DNA from: an uncultured Alphaproteobacteria bacterium
Lineage (GTDB): Bacteria; Pseudomonadota; Alphaproteobacteria; RF32; CAG-239
Direction: 5' to 3'
Assembly (NCBI GenBank): GCA_934254585.1
Contig: CAKQLF010000001.1
Coordinates: 28,093 to 92,092 of the forward strand
Length of the DNA: 64,000 nucleotides
The position numbers were made by a program, and so were the translations under genes. Positions 1 through 9,657 of this stretch are shown piece after piece; position 1 is the first letter of the stretch; every line of letters begins with the position of its first letter. Below the pieces are notes generated by a model. That model was not told the origin of the DNA. It worked only from the letters and a program-made list of their open reading frames with translations, and did no database searches.

Positions 1-691
1 AAGAATTATATCCTCGCAACATTCTTATAGATATTCCCATAAACTGTAATTGGATAATGCCGACAACTACAAAAATGATACAAAAAGAAAAAATTATGCT
101 AAAATTACGCCCTTCTGTTTTTTGTAAAATCATTGCGAAATCAATTTTCTTCACTCCATCTAAATAATAGCTGACGGCAGACGACAATCGCAAAGTTAAA
201 AACGGTAACCAACAGCAGCTGAAAGCCAACAGAAACCAACAAAATTCTATAAGCCAATCCGGATTAGGTTTTTTCAGCATAATTGTCATAAATATCATTA
301 TCGGTACGATAAACAATAAAAATTCTAAAAATAAAAATAACATTTTTAACAGCTTATCTTTGCTAAATTGAAAGACTGACTTAAAATAAAACTTTTGTTT
401 TCTGACCGTAGCGGCGAAAATATCTGTTCCAAATGAGCAATATAAAATCAACTGCAAAATCATATTAGCCAAAAACATACTAAACACTAACCACGCATTT
501 TCCGGCTTGATATTACACCACCAATTTTCATTGTCTATCATACAACTTTGCCGCCATTGTCCCAATGGCAATGAAATTAAAACCGATACAAACGCATAAG
601 CAGCAAAAAGCTTTAATTCTAAAAACATTGTCTTTATTAATGAAGTCATTTTGTTCAAAATTCGTAATAAAGATAATTTTTCTTCTGCCAT
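1..691 (-). CDS. polytopic membrane protein, partial (start at 691, 3' end beyond window edge)
   Basis: Open minus-strand frame from ATG (691-689) to position 1 with no in-frame stop. It is absent from the ORF track because it is unterminated. SD aaggag lies 9 nt upstream, 4 nt after the dnaE stop. Several hydrophobic segments are visible (FVSVLISLPLG, LLFIVPIMIFMTIML, IIFSFCIIFVVVGII). Confidence 0.4.
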   Translation of the reverse strand, partial: MAEEKLSLLRILNKMTSLIKTMFLELKLFAAYAFVSVLISLPLGQWRQSCMIDNENWWCNIKPENAWLVFSMFLANMILQLILYCSFGTDIFAATVRKQKFYFKSVFQFSKDKLLKMLFLFLEFLLFIVPIMIFMTIMLKKPNPDWLIEFCWFLLAFSCCWLPFLTLRLSSAVSYYLDGVKKIDFAMILQKTEGRNFSIIFSFCIIFVVVGIIQLQFMGISIRMLRGYNS

Positions 692-694
692 TTG

Positions 695-3600
695 CTATAT
701 CTCCTTTACTAATGTTACGCCGGCAATTGCCCTGATTGACGACAATAATGAACCATCGGCCAATGCATAGCCGTTTTTCAGCTCTATACGAATATTCCAA
801 TCTTCAATTTCAGGCTTGATATAAACTTTATTGGTGCCATATCTTTCGTGTGACAGAACTTGACGCAACGGGCGCACTGCCTCAACATTGTTTATAACAA
901 TAACCAGTCCTTTGGAATTTTCGGTAATTTCCTCGTCTAATGTTTTTATAACGTTAAACAACATCCGCGGCGGCATATCTTCGGCCTGCTTTTCTATTTT
1001 TACTTTGACATATAACGGCAAACCGCTGTTTATGGCGTGTTCAAATTTAGTTATGCCGTCTGAAAATAACAACCCCTCATAGGCTGAAGTTGTGTCAGAA
1101 AGCTTAACAAATGCAAAAGGTTTTCCGCTTTTACTGATTTTACGCTGAAAACTTTGCAGGCAACCGGCTAAGTTGGCATAAATAACATCTCCGGTTTTTA
1201 TACCTTTAACCGCTTCGGCATAAGTGCTGACACCCAAGCGTTCCATACTTTCCTTATACACATCAAGCGGGTGCGCCGACAAATAAAATCCAATGGCTTC
1301 CGCCTCAAGCTGCAAGCGTTCCAAAGCCGGAAAATCAGGTTTATCCTGCAACTTAACTTTAGCATTAAGCTCCTCATTGCCAAACAAAGAAGTCTGATTA
1401 CTGTTCTTTAATTCGGCCGCTGCCGCCATGTGACGCATTATATTTTCAATATTGGCGAAAAGCTTGCCGCGATTGGTGTCCAGACAATCAAAGGCTCCGG
1501 CTTTTATTAATTGCTCCAACTGCTTTCGGTTGATTTGTTTAACGTCCACACGATGAATAAAGTCGGAAACATCGCGGAATTTGCCGTTTTTTTCACGCTC
1601 CTCCACAATGGCGTTCATATTCGCTTCACCGACGCCTTTTAAGCCGGCCAAAGCAAAGCGGATATTGTTTCCCTCTACCTTAAACAGGGCGTTAGACATA
1701 TTGATATCCGGCGGCAAAACTTTATAGCCCATATTTTTAAACTCTTCGGTATAGAACAAAACCTTGTCGGTGTTTGTAATATCAAAGTCCATAATGGCGC
1801 ACATAAATTCAACCGGATAGTGGGCTTTTAAATACGCTGTTTGGTAAGAAATAAGCGAATATGCCGCGGCGTGGGATTTGTTAAAACCATAAGACGCAAA
1901 CTTTTCCATTTGGTCAAAAATAGTTTTTGCCACTTCACCATCAATACCTTTTTTGATAGCTCCTTCGGTAAACATTTCGCGCTGATGCGGAATTTCATCG
2001 CGCATTTTTTTACCCATAACCTTACGCAATTTATCGGCACCGCCCAAAGTGTAACCACCCAAAACCTGAGCAATTTTCATCACTTGCTCTTGGTAGACCA
2101 TAATTCCGTAGGTTTCACCGAGAATCGGCTCTAAATCAGGGTGTAGATATTTAATTTCTTCTCGCCCGTGCTTGCGGTTTATGTAAGTTGGAATATTATC
2201 CATCGGCCCCGGACGATATAGAGAAATAACCGCAATTAAATCTTCAAATCGGTCAGGTTTGATTTGCTTCATAACATCACGCATACCCGACGATTCAAAC
2301 TGGAAAATCGCACTGGTGTTGCCTTCCTGCATCAACTCGTATGTCGGTTTATCGTCTAAAGGAACCGATGCCATATCCAATTCAATACCGTGCGTTTTTT
2401 TAACCCAATCCACCGCGCGCTTGATAACCGTAAGGGTTTTCAACCCCAAAAAGTCGAACTTAATCAGACCGGTTTCTTCCACAAATTTCATATCATATTG
2501 AGTAACCGGCATTTCCGCCCGCGGATCTTTATAGAGCGGCACCAGTTGGTCAAGCGGTCTGTCGCCGATAACCACGCCGGCCGCGTGCATACCTGAGTTG
2601 CGGTATAACCCCTCCAACTTCATCGCAATATCAAACAATTTGTTAATCTGCGGGTCTTTTACGCGCATTTCTTCCAGTTCGGGCACTTGGTCAAGAGCCT
2701 CTTGCAAAGTCGGATTTTTTCCTCCTTGCCCAGGCGGAATCATTTTTGAAATTCTGTCAGCCTGACTATACGGCATTTGCAACACGCGCGCCACATCGCG
2801 AATAACGGCCTTAGACTGCAATTTACCATAAGTGATAATTTGCGCAACGTGATCGTAACCATATTTTTTTTGCACATATTCAATGGTCTTATGACGATTT
2901 TCCTGACACAAATCCACGTCGAAATCCGGCATATTAACACGTTCCGGATTCAAAAAACGCTCAAACAGTAAATCCAAACGAATCGGGTCAAGGTCGGTAA
3001 TTTTCAGTGCCCAAGCCACAATGGAACCGGCACCGGAACCTCGCCCCGGCCCAATCGGAACGCCGTGCGTTTTCGACCAACGAATGAAGTCCGACACAAT
3101 AAGGAAATACCCTGGGAAACCCATTTTCTTTATAACGCTTAACTCGTAATCCAAGCGTTCGTAATAGTGTCTGTCTGTTTCCGCCCGCTCTTCAGCCGTC
3201 ATTCCCTCGTGATAGACTTGGATTTTCATTCGCTCGTTTAAGCCTTTGTAGGCTTCTTCGGTAATAAACTCGTCTTGCGTTTTGCCATCAGGGCAAATGA
3301 AAATCGGTAGCAGCGGCTCCATTTTAGAAGACAGATAGTTGCAACGTTTAGCAATATTCACCGTATTTTCAACAGCTTCCGGAATATCCTTAAACAATTC
3401 CAACATTTCTGTTTCACTACGCCAATGGTTCCCCGGCAAATATTTGCGGCGGTTTTCATTCGCCACATATTCTCCGGCAGCAATACAGCATAGCGCGTCG
3501 TGCGCCTCATACATATTTTCATCAAAAAAGAACACATCGTTTGTGGCCACCAGCGGAATATTGTGCTTGTAAGCAAACTCCAAAAACACCGGTTCGGTTT

Positions 3601-4168
3601 TCTTTTCTTCTTCATAGCCCACGCGGGAAATTTCAATATAGAGTCTGTCGCCGAAAATTTCTTTATATTCAAGCAGTTTTTTTTCGGCTTCATCTTTACG
3701 ATTTTGCAAAATCAGACGACCGATAGGCCCCTCATAACCACCGGTAAGACATATTAAGCCCTCGTTAAAATCCCGCAAGTTTTGCATATTAAGCTGTGGC
3801 GTGTCGCTGTGTTCCATATTATCCAGATAGTAGCGGCGAAACATTTTCATAATAGATTTGTAGCCGTTTTCATTTTTAACTAAAAGGATAATCCTATCCG
3901 GCGGAAGTTCTTTGCCTTTTGACAGAGCTAAATTTTCCGAATCTTCGTTATGCACACAAAGTTCCGAGCCGAGAATCGGCTTAACGCCTTCATCTGAGGC
4001 ATATTTGGAAAAACATTTTCCCCCAAACAAATTGCCTCTATCGGTAATGGCGCAACTTGGTATTCCTAAATCGTGCATTTTGTGCACCAACTTTGGCACC
4101 AACATTGCTCCCAATGACAGCGAATAAGCGGTGTGAACGCGTAAGTGTATAAATTTTGGCTCGGACAT
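695..4168 (-). CDS. dnaE: DNA polymerase III alpha subunit
   Basis: 1157-aa ORF. N-terminal PHP domain (HLRVHTAYSL), followed by the palm/fingers region and an OB-fold-bearing C-terminus. Length and motifs are typical of DnaE. Confidence 0.95.
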   Translation of the reverse strand: MSEPKFIHLRVHTAYSLSLGAMLVPKLVHKMHDLGIPSCAITDRGNLFGGKCFSKYASDEGVKPILGSELCVHNEDSENLALSKGKELPPDRIILLVKNENGYKSIMKMFRRYYLDNMEHSDTPQLNMQNLRDFNEGLICLTGGYEGPIGRLILQNRKDEAEKKLLEYKEIFGDRLYIEISRVGYEEEKKTEPVFLEFAYKHNIPLVATNDVFFFDENMYEAHDALCCIAAGEYVANENRRKYLPGNHWRSETEMLELFKDIPEAVENTVNIAKRCNYLSSKMEPLLPIFICPDGKTQDEFITEEAYKGLNERMKIQVYHEGMTAEERAETDRHYYERLDYELSVIKKMGFPGYFLIVSDFIRWSKTHGVPIGPGRGSGAGSIVAWALKITDLDPIRLDLLFERFLNPERVNMPDFDVDLCQENRHKTIEYVQKKYGYDHVAQIITYGKLQSKAVIRDVARVLQMPYSQADRISKMIPPGQGGKNPTLQEALDQVPELEEMRVKDPQINKLFDIAMKLEGLYRNSGMHAAGVVIGDRPLDQLVPLYKDPRAEMPVTQYDMKFVEETGLIKFDFLGLKTLTVIKRAVDWVKKTHGIELDMASVPLDDKPTYELMQEGNTSAIFQFESSGMRDVMKQIKPDRFEDLIAVISLYRPGPMDNIPTYINRKHGREEIKYLHPDLEPILGETYGIMVYQEQVMKIAQVLGGYTLGGADKLRKVMGKKMRDEIPHQREMFTEGAIKKGIDGEVAKTIFDQMEKFASYGFNKSHAAAYSLISYQTAYLKAHYPVEFMCAIMDFDITNTDKVLFYTEEFKNMGYKVLPPDINMSNALFKVEGNNIRFALAGLKGVGEANMNAIVEEREKNGKFRDVSDFIHRVDVKQINRKQLEQLIKAGAFDCLDTNRGKLFANIENIMRHMAAAAELKNSNQTSLFGNEELNAKVKLQDKPDFPALERLQLEAEAIGFYLSAHPLDVYKESMERLGVSTYAEAVKGIKTGDVIYANLAGCLQSFQRKISKSGKPFAFVKLSDTTSAYEGLLFSDGITKFEHAINSGLPLYVKVKIEKQAEDMPPRMLFNVIKTLDEEITENSKGLVIVINNVEAVRPLRQVLSHERYGTNKVYIKPEIEDWNIRIELKNGYALADGSLLSSIRAIAGVTLVKEI

Positions 4169-4217
4169 AATGTCAATCGGGAGACTCAGTTTAGAGTCCC
4201 CCTCTCTCTCGGTTTAA

Positions 4218-4463
4218 TTATTTGTTGTCTTGACCGGCTTTCTGATAGCAGCGGCAATGACAAATACCATCGCGCTCAATATCACTGCGGCAAAGCTCGG
4301 AAATGCAATATCTTTTTTCGTTTGTTCCGTCACAAGGACAACGCTGCCATTCGGCATCGCCAAACATCATATTTTTTGCTTTTGCAATTTTTTCTATGTT
4401 CTGTGTCGGATAATAACCGGCTTTTTTGCAGTTTTCTAACATTTTTTCTAAAATCGTAGCCAT
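4218..4463 (-). CDS. ferredoxin-thioredoxin-reductase catalytic-subunit-like Cys-rich protein
   Basis: 81-aa ORF with SD aggaga 7 nt upstream. Cys pattern CPC...C....C....CHC resembles the FTR catalytic beta chain. Confidence 0.45.
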   Translation of the reverse strand: MATILEKMLENCKKAGYYPTQNIEKIAKAKNMMFGDAEWQRCPCDGTNEKRYCISELCRSDIERDGICHCRCYQKAGQDNK

Positions 4464-4473
4464 TTTGTTTCTC

Positions 4474-5388
4474 CTATCTTTGTTCTAAAATATCTAAAAG
4501 TGTGCTTAATTCAGCAGGTGTGTTGTAGTGCAATGTTATACTACCTTTACCTTTTTTTCCAGCATTTATTTTAACTTTAAGTTTTAATTTTGCTTCCAAA
4601 TCCGCCATAATTCTTTCAATATCTTTATCAATGGTTTTTTGTGCTTTCGGAGCAATATTTTTTACATCAAGTTCTTTGTAATTTGCAGCCAAGGCTTCCG
4701 CCTCGCGCACGCTTAAACCCTCGTTGATAATTTTTGCGGCGAGCTCCGCGGCATTATCTTTACCGACTAAAGTTCTGGCGTGACCGGCTGACAATTTATT
4801 TTCTTTTATCATTTGCTTTATTTCGTCCGGCAAGCTCAAAAGTCGCAAAGTGTTGGCAATGTGACTACGAGATTTGCCAATGACTTTGGCTATAACCTCT
4901 TGGGTGTATTCATATTCACTCATCAAGCGGTTAAGCCCCTCAGCCTCTTCTATTGCCGAGAGATTTTCACGCTGTAAATTTTCAATTAAGGCAATTTCAA
5001 GCGTTTCGCTATCCGTCAAATTTTTAATAACAGCTGGCACAGATTCTAAGCCGGCCAATTTAGCGGCTCGCCAACGACGCTCACCGGCAATAATTTCATA
5101 TTTTTCGCCTTTTTTACGCAAAAGAAGTGGCTGCAGAATACCTTTTTCTTTTATGGATTGCGCCAATGTTTCCAATGCTTCCTGATTAAATTCCGTTCGC
5201 GGTTGAAAACTGCAAGGCTCAATATTTTCTATATTTATTTCATTGGAGTTTTCGCTTTTAAATACACTGTTCTCCACAAAACTATTAACATCTGCAGTTT
5301 CATCATCTAAATTTAAGTTCAGGTCTTCATCACCCAACAAAGCCTCAAGACCGCGTCCCAGTCCGAACTTTTTATTATTTGTATTCAT
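4474..5388 (-). CDS. parB: chromosome partitioning protein ParB
   Basis: ParB/Spo0J motifs (GERRWRAA, HTH region KSRSHIANTLRLL). Lies immediately downstream of parA. Confidence 0.9.
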   Translation of the reverse strand: MNTNNKKFGLGRGLEALLGDEDLNLNLDDETADVNSFVENSVFKSENSNEINIENIEPCSFQPRTEFNQEALETLAQSIKEKGILQPLLLRKKGEKYEIIAGERRWRAAKLAGLESVPAVIKNLTDSETLEIALIENLQRENLSAIEEAEGLNRLMSEYEYTQEVIAKVIGKSRSHIANTLRLLSLPDEIKQMIKENKLSAGHARTLVGKDNAAELAAKIINEGLSVREAEALAANYKELDVKNIAPKAQKTIDKDIERIMADLEAKLKLKVKINAGKKGKGSITLHYNTPAELSTLLDILEQR

Positions 5389-5389
5389 T

Positions 5390-6157
5390 TTACAACTCCT
5401 TTTCCCTTTTTAAGACTTCTTTAGCCAATTGTATATAGGCTTGAGCTCCGGCACTTTTGAAATCATATATCAAAATAGGCTTTCCGTGCGATGGAGCTTC
5501 CGCAATACGCACACTACGCGGTATAACCGTTTGATACACCTTGTCGCCAAAATATTTTCTAACATCGGCTTCAATCATCTGACTTAAATTATTTTGTTTG
5601 CTGTACATCGTCAAAATAATTCCCTGCAAACTAAGCGAGGGATTAAAATTACGCTTGATAGCGTTAATATTTTTCATTAAATCAGCCAAGCCTTCCAAGG
5701 CTAAAAACTCACATTGCAATGGCACCATAACCGAATTTGAACTGACTAAGGCGTTAATTGTAATCAAGTTCAAAGATGGAGGGCAATCAATCAGCACATA
5801 ATCATAGATATGGGCTAAATTGCTCAACGCTTTTTTCAAAACAAACTCACGGTGTTCAACCTCAACCAATTCAATTTCAGCCGCGGCTAAATCAGGAGAA
5901 GAAGGAATCATATCAAATCGCGGTAAATCCGTATGAATTACGGCATCTTTGACATCACATTTTCCAATCAACACATCGTATGATGAAAAATGCTCTTTTT
6001 GCTTTGGGATTCCCATTGAGGTTGTGGCGTTGCCCTGCGGGTCAAAGTCTATAACCAAAACTTTCTTTTCAATTGCCGACAACGCTGTGGCAATATTAAT
6101 TGTGGTTGTTGTTTTTCCCACACCGCCTTTACGGTTCGCAACAGAAATTATTTTCAT
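5390..6157 (-). CDS. parA: chromosome partitioning ATPase ParA
   Basis: Deviant Walker A KGGVGKTT, 255 aa, in a parA-parB operon. Confidence 0.9.
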   Translation of the reverse strand: MKIISVANRKGGVGKTTTTINIATALSAIEKKVLVIDFDPQGNATTSMGIPKQKEHFSSYDVLIGKCDVKDAVIHTDLPRFDMIPSSPDLAAAEIELVEVEHREFVLKKALSNLAHIYDYVLIDCPPSLNLITINALVSSNSVMVPLQCEFLALEGLADLMKNINAIKRNFNPSLSLQGIILTMYSKQNNLSQMIEADVRKYFGDKVYQTVIPRSVRIAEAPSHGKPILIYDFKSAGAQAYIQLAKEVLKREKEL

Positions 6158-6780
6158 TTTATCTTCCTTAAATCAAAAATTTCATACAAATAACCATCTG
6201 CACAATATTTGTTGGCAAAGCTATTGACTTTGAATATCCATTTTTTTCTTGCTTCTTGCAATTCTTCATTTCCGCTTTTACCTTTAAGTAACAAATAGCG
6301 AGTATTTTTTGAGTATATAGTTTTTGTAAAGTTAAAAATCTTATCAATTGTCGCAACAGCGCGCGCTGTTATATAATCCGCATTTTTAAATACAATGTTT
6401 TCAGCACGATTATTAACAACTTCAACATTCGTTAAACCCAAACAACCGCAGACATCTTTTAAATACACTGTCTTTTTAGTTATACTTTCAACTAAAACAA
6501 TCTTCGCTTCCGGAATTTTTTCTTGTAAAGCTATTGCCAACACAATTCCGGGGAAGCCGGAACCGCTTCCGATATCTATAATTAATTTTGCATTATTATC
6601 TATATGTTCAAGCAATTGTAAAGAATCTAAAATATGCCGAAAATCCAATTCGTTTTCCGCGTTTTTACTGACAAGATTTATCTTTTGGTTCCACTCCAAT
6701 AGTTGAACCTTAAAATCTTTTAATTTTTGCAATGTTTCACGTGAAACATTATATTTTAAAACTTCTTCATCAAAACTCAT
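6154..6780 (-). CDS. rsmG: 16S rRNA m7G527 methyltransferase RsmG (GidB)
   Basis: SAM-binding motif IDIGSGSGFPGI. Adjacent to mnmG and parA in the conserved order. Confidence 0.88.
   Translation of the reverse strand: MSFDEEVLKYNVSRETLQKLKDFKVQLLEWNQKINLVSKNAENELDFRHILDSLQLLEHIDNNAKLIIDIGSGSGFPGIVLAIALQEKIPEAKIVLVESITKKTVYLKDVCGCLGLTNVEVVNNRAENIVFKNADYITARAVATIDKIFNFTKTIYSKNTRYLLLKGKSGNEELQEARKKWIFKVNSFANKYCADGYLYEIFDLRKIK
6733..6748. promoter_or_regulatory. parS site (perfect TGTTTCACGTGAAACA) inside rsmG
   Basis: The 16-bp palindrome was read directly. Confidence 0.9.
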
Positions 6781-6845
6781 TTTTGCCTCTGTCTAAAGAC
6801 TAATGGGGATTTTTTATTTATGCAACAAAATATCTTGGTTATTAA

Positions 6846-7691
6846 CTAAAACTTCAAACGATTCTTAATTTTGTGCGCGGCAAGTGTAGCTTCGGCCAAA
6901 TCAAAACTATCCCCCAATTCAGCAACGCTGTGAGCATCATCACTTATCACAAAACTAATGTTACGTTTTGCAGCTTCCGTCAGTATCCAGTCGCAAGGAT
7001 AAAAATCCCCTATCTTCCGCAAACCTTTGCTACTTATTTCCATAGGCATATTCTGTTTTTGCAGCGCGTTTAAAATTGATATCTTTTCGCTTTTATAATC
7101 GTCTTTTGCGCAAAACTCTTCACCAATCTTACGAGCATAGTCAAGATGAGCCAAAAATTTAAATACACCGCTTTCAACCGCCATTTTAATAGTGTTGAAA
7201 TGACGTTGCAATAAATCTTTCTGCAAACTTTTATCAGGACAGAGCACCGGTAAGTCAGTAATATCAAATAAATTTTCGCATTTTTCATCAAACAACATAT
7301 GATTTCCGGAGATTAAATAATCATAATCAAGTTTATTTAAAAAATCTTTTAATTCTTCCAACCAACCATCATAAGTAAAAAAATCAACCTCGAATCCAAC
7401 GTACAATTTAAAATTTTCTCGTTCGGACAGTTTGCGAATTTTTTCACAATGACGTTGATAATCACTTAAAACAGACTTAAAATCATTATTAAAAATATTA
7501 TATTTACCGCGCTTATGCCAATATGGCCAAGATAAGCTTTGCGCCATATTTTTATGCACTATCAGATGGTCGCTGATTCCAAGTTCTTTGAACCCGATTT
7601 TTTTAGCTTTCGCCACCATTTCTTCCAAACTATTATTACCATCAGAAAAATTTGTGTGCGAATGATAAGAAAAATTTTGAATATCCGTCAT
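6846..7691 (-). CDS. PHP-domain phosphoesterase (histidinol-phosphatase-like)
   Basis: N-terminal HSHTNFSDG followed by DHL, the PHP metal-binding signature. 281 aa. Confidence 0.65.
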   Translation of the reverse strand: MTDIQNFSYHSHTNFSDGNNSLEEMVAKAKKIGFKELGISDHLIVHKNMAQSLSWPYWHKRGKYNIFNNDFKSVLSDYQRHCEKIRKLSERENFKLYVGFEVDFFTYDGWLEELKDFLNKLDYDYLISGNHMLFDEKCENLFDITDLPVLCPDKSLQKDLLQRHFNTIKMAVESGVFKFLAHLDYARKIGEEFCAKDDYKSEKISILNALQKQNMPMEISSKGLRKIGDFYPCDWILTEAAKRNISFVISDDAHSVAELGDSFDLAEATLAAHKIKNRLKF

Positions 7692-9571
7692 TTTTTTAAA
7701 TAACCTAAAATCGCGGTTACAGCAGCCGGTGTTACACCGCGAATGCGAGCGGCCTCGCCAATTGTTTTTGGGCGCACCAGAGTAAATCTTTGAATCATTT
7801 CCGTAGAAAGACCACCGATTTTACTATAATCTATATCTTCCTTTATTTCCAAATTTTCATCACGCTTAAACACCGCAATATCTTCATATTCACGTTTCAA
7901 ATATCCAGAATATTTTGCATCAATCTCAACCTGTTCAAACACATCGTTTTCAACCTTGCCGGTTTCCGGAAACAGTGTAGAAATTGTTTCACGTGAAACA
8001 TCTTGATAGCCAAGCAAATCTTTTAACGTTTTTTTACCATTATGTTTTACGGTTATTCCCAGTTTTTCAATTTCCGGATATGACACAATTTTATCACAGC
8101 AAAACTCGTTAAACTTGGATATTTTTTCTTCTTTTATTTTAAATACACTGTATCTATTTTCTGAAACACAGCCAATATTGTAACCTAATTCCGTCAAACG
8201 ACTGTCCGCATTGTCGGCGCGCAACACCAAACGATATTCCGAACGAGAAGTAAACATTCGATATGGCTCATCAACGCCCTTGGTTATCAAATCATCAACC
8301 ATAACTCCGATATATCCCTGACTACGGTCAATTTTTAATTCCTTATTTTTATTTAGAGCAAACAGTGCCGCATTTACGCCGGCAAGCAATCCTTGGGCTG
8401 CCGCCTCTTCGTATCCGGTTGTTCCATTAATTTGTCCGGCCAAATATAATCCTCTGGTCTTTTTTACAGCCAAACAATGGTCAAGTTCTTGCGGGTCGAC
8501 ATAATCATATTCAATGGCATAGGCATAGCGCAAAATTTCAACATTTTCCAAACCCTTCATTGTGTGAATAAATTCATCTTGCACATCGGCGGGCAAAGAG
8601 GTTGAAATTCCATTTGGATAGACAACATTTGTGTCGTAACCCTCGGGCTCCAAAAATATCTGATGAGATGTTCTATCCGCAAAACGTACCAACTTATCTT
8701 CAATACTCGGGCAATAGCGCGGACCTTTACCGGTTATCAATCCGGAAAACAAAGCGCATTTAGAAAAATTATCACGAATAATCTTATGGGTAGTTTCGTT
8801 TGTATATGTAACACCGCAATCAATTTGCTTATTTGAAAGATTTTTTGTTAAAAATGAAAATGGTATCGGATTTTTATCGCCGCTTTGCTTTTCCAAAACA
8901 GCCCAATTAATCGTATCACCATTTAAGCGTGAAGGCGTTCCGGTTTTTAAGCGACCAAGTTTTAACCCCAAAGATTTTAAATACGGTGTTACGCCAGTAC
9001 AGGAAATATCTCCGACACGGCCTCCGATACTAGTTTGATGACCGGTAAACATTATGCCGTTCAAAAATGTTCCTGTTGTTAAAACAACAGCCTTTGCTCT
9101 GTATTCCGAATTGTCAGCCAACTGCACTCCGCAAACCTGTTTATTTTCATCAATAAGCAAACCTTCAACCGCTCCCTCTTTTAATTCAAGATTCGGAGTA
9201 TTAGCCAGTGCCTCTTGCATATATTTTTTGTAAAGACTCCTGTCTGCTTGAGCGCGAGGGCCTCGCACGGCCGGACCTTTGGAAAGATTCAACATTCTAA
9301 ATTGGATTCCGGCTTTATCAATAACTTGCCCCATTAAACCGTCAAGCGCGTCAATTTCTCTCACCAGATGACCTTTTCCCAAACCGCCAATTGCCGGATT
9401 GCACGACATTTCACCAATAGTGGATATTTTATGCGTTATTAATAAGGTTTTTGCTCCGGTTCTAGCCGCGGCCGCACAAGCTTCACATCCGGCATGACCG
9501 CCGCCGACAACAATAACATCAAATATATTATTCATCTTTTCCCTCATAAATTTTTTTATAATAAAGCACAA
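7688..9571 (-). CDS. mnmG: tRNA uridine-5-carboxymethylaminomethyl modification enzyme MnmG (GidA)
   Basis: FAD-binding [14 protein letters not shown], about 620 aa, conserved GidA core. The true start is probably internal (MNNIFDV). Confidence 0.95.
   Translation of the reverse strand: MCFIIKKFMREKMNNIFDVIVVGGGHAGCEACAAAARTGAKTLLITHKISTIGEMSCNPAIGGLGKGHLVREIDALDGLMGQVIDKAGIQFRMLNLSKGPAVRGPRAQADRSLYKKYMQEALANTPNLELKEGAVEGLLIDENKQVCGVQLADNSEYRAKAVVLTTGTFLNGIMFTGHQTSIGGRVGDISCTGVTPYLKSLGLKLGRLKTGTPSRLNGDTINWAVLEKQSGDKNPIPFSFLTKNLSNKQIDCGVTYTNETTHKIIRDNFSKCALFSGLITGKGPRYCPSIEDKLVRFADRTSHQIFLEPEGYDTNVVYPNGISTSLPADVQDEFIHTMKGLENVEILRYAYAIEYDYVDPQELDHCLAVKKTRGLYLAGQINGTTGYEEAAAQGLLAGVNAALFALNKNKELKIDRSQGYIGVMVDDLITKGVDEPYRMFTSRSEYRLVLRADNADSRLTELGYNIGCVSENRYSVFKIKEEKISKFNEFCCDKIVSYPEIEKLGITVKHNGKKTLKDLLGYQDVSRETISTLFPETGKVENDVFEQVEIDAKYSGYLKREYEDIAVFKRDENLEIKEDIDYSKIGGLSTEMIQRFTLVRPKTIGEAARIRGVTPAAVTAILGYLKK
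7985..8000. promoter_or_regulatory. parS site (perfect) inside mnmG
   Basis: Read directly. Confidence 0.9.
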
Positions 9572-9593
9572 ATATATTATAATTGCAAATTAA

Positions 9594-9625
9594 AATACGC
9601 TGTATAAATTTAAATACAGCGTATT
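9594..9625. repeat. perfect 12-bp inverted repeat aatacgctgtat-N8-atacagcgtatt between mnmE stop and mnmG start
   Basis: Read directly. The arms carry the AAATACAG core of the recurrent regional motif. It could also act as an mnmE terminator or an operator. Confidence 0.7.
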
Positions 9626-9657
9626 TATAAAAATATTTTTTAAATACATCGTTACAT

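Noticed and set aside
528-800. 90-aa minus-strand ORF overlapping the 3' end of dnaE
   Set aside because: It overlaps dnaE by about 105 nt in another frame and has no SD. The downstream region is better explained by the open frame starting at 691 with a strong SD.
1841-3757. Multiple short ORFs on both strands within dnaE (1841..2134, 3358..3693, 3500..3757 etc.)
   Set aside because: All are contained within the dnaE coding sequence, whose identity is secure.
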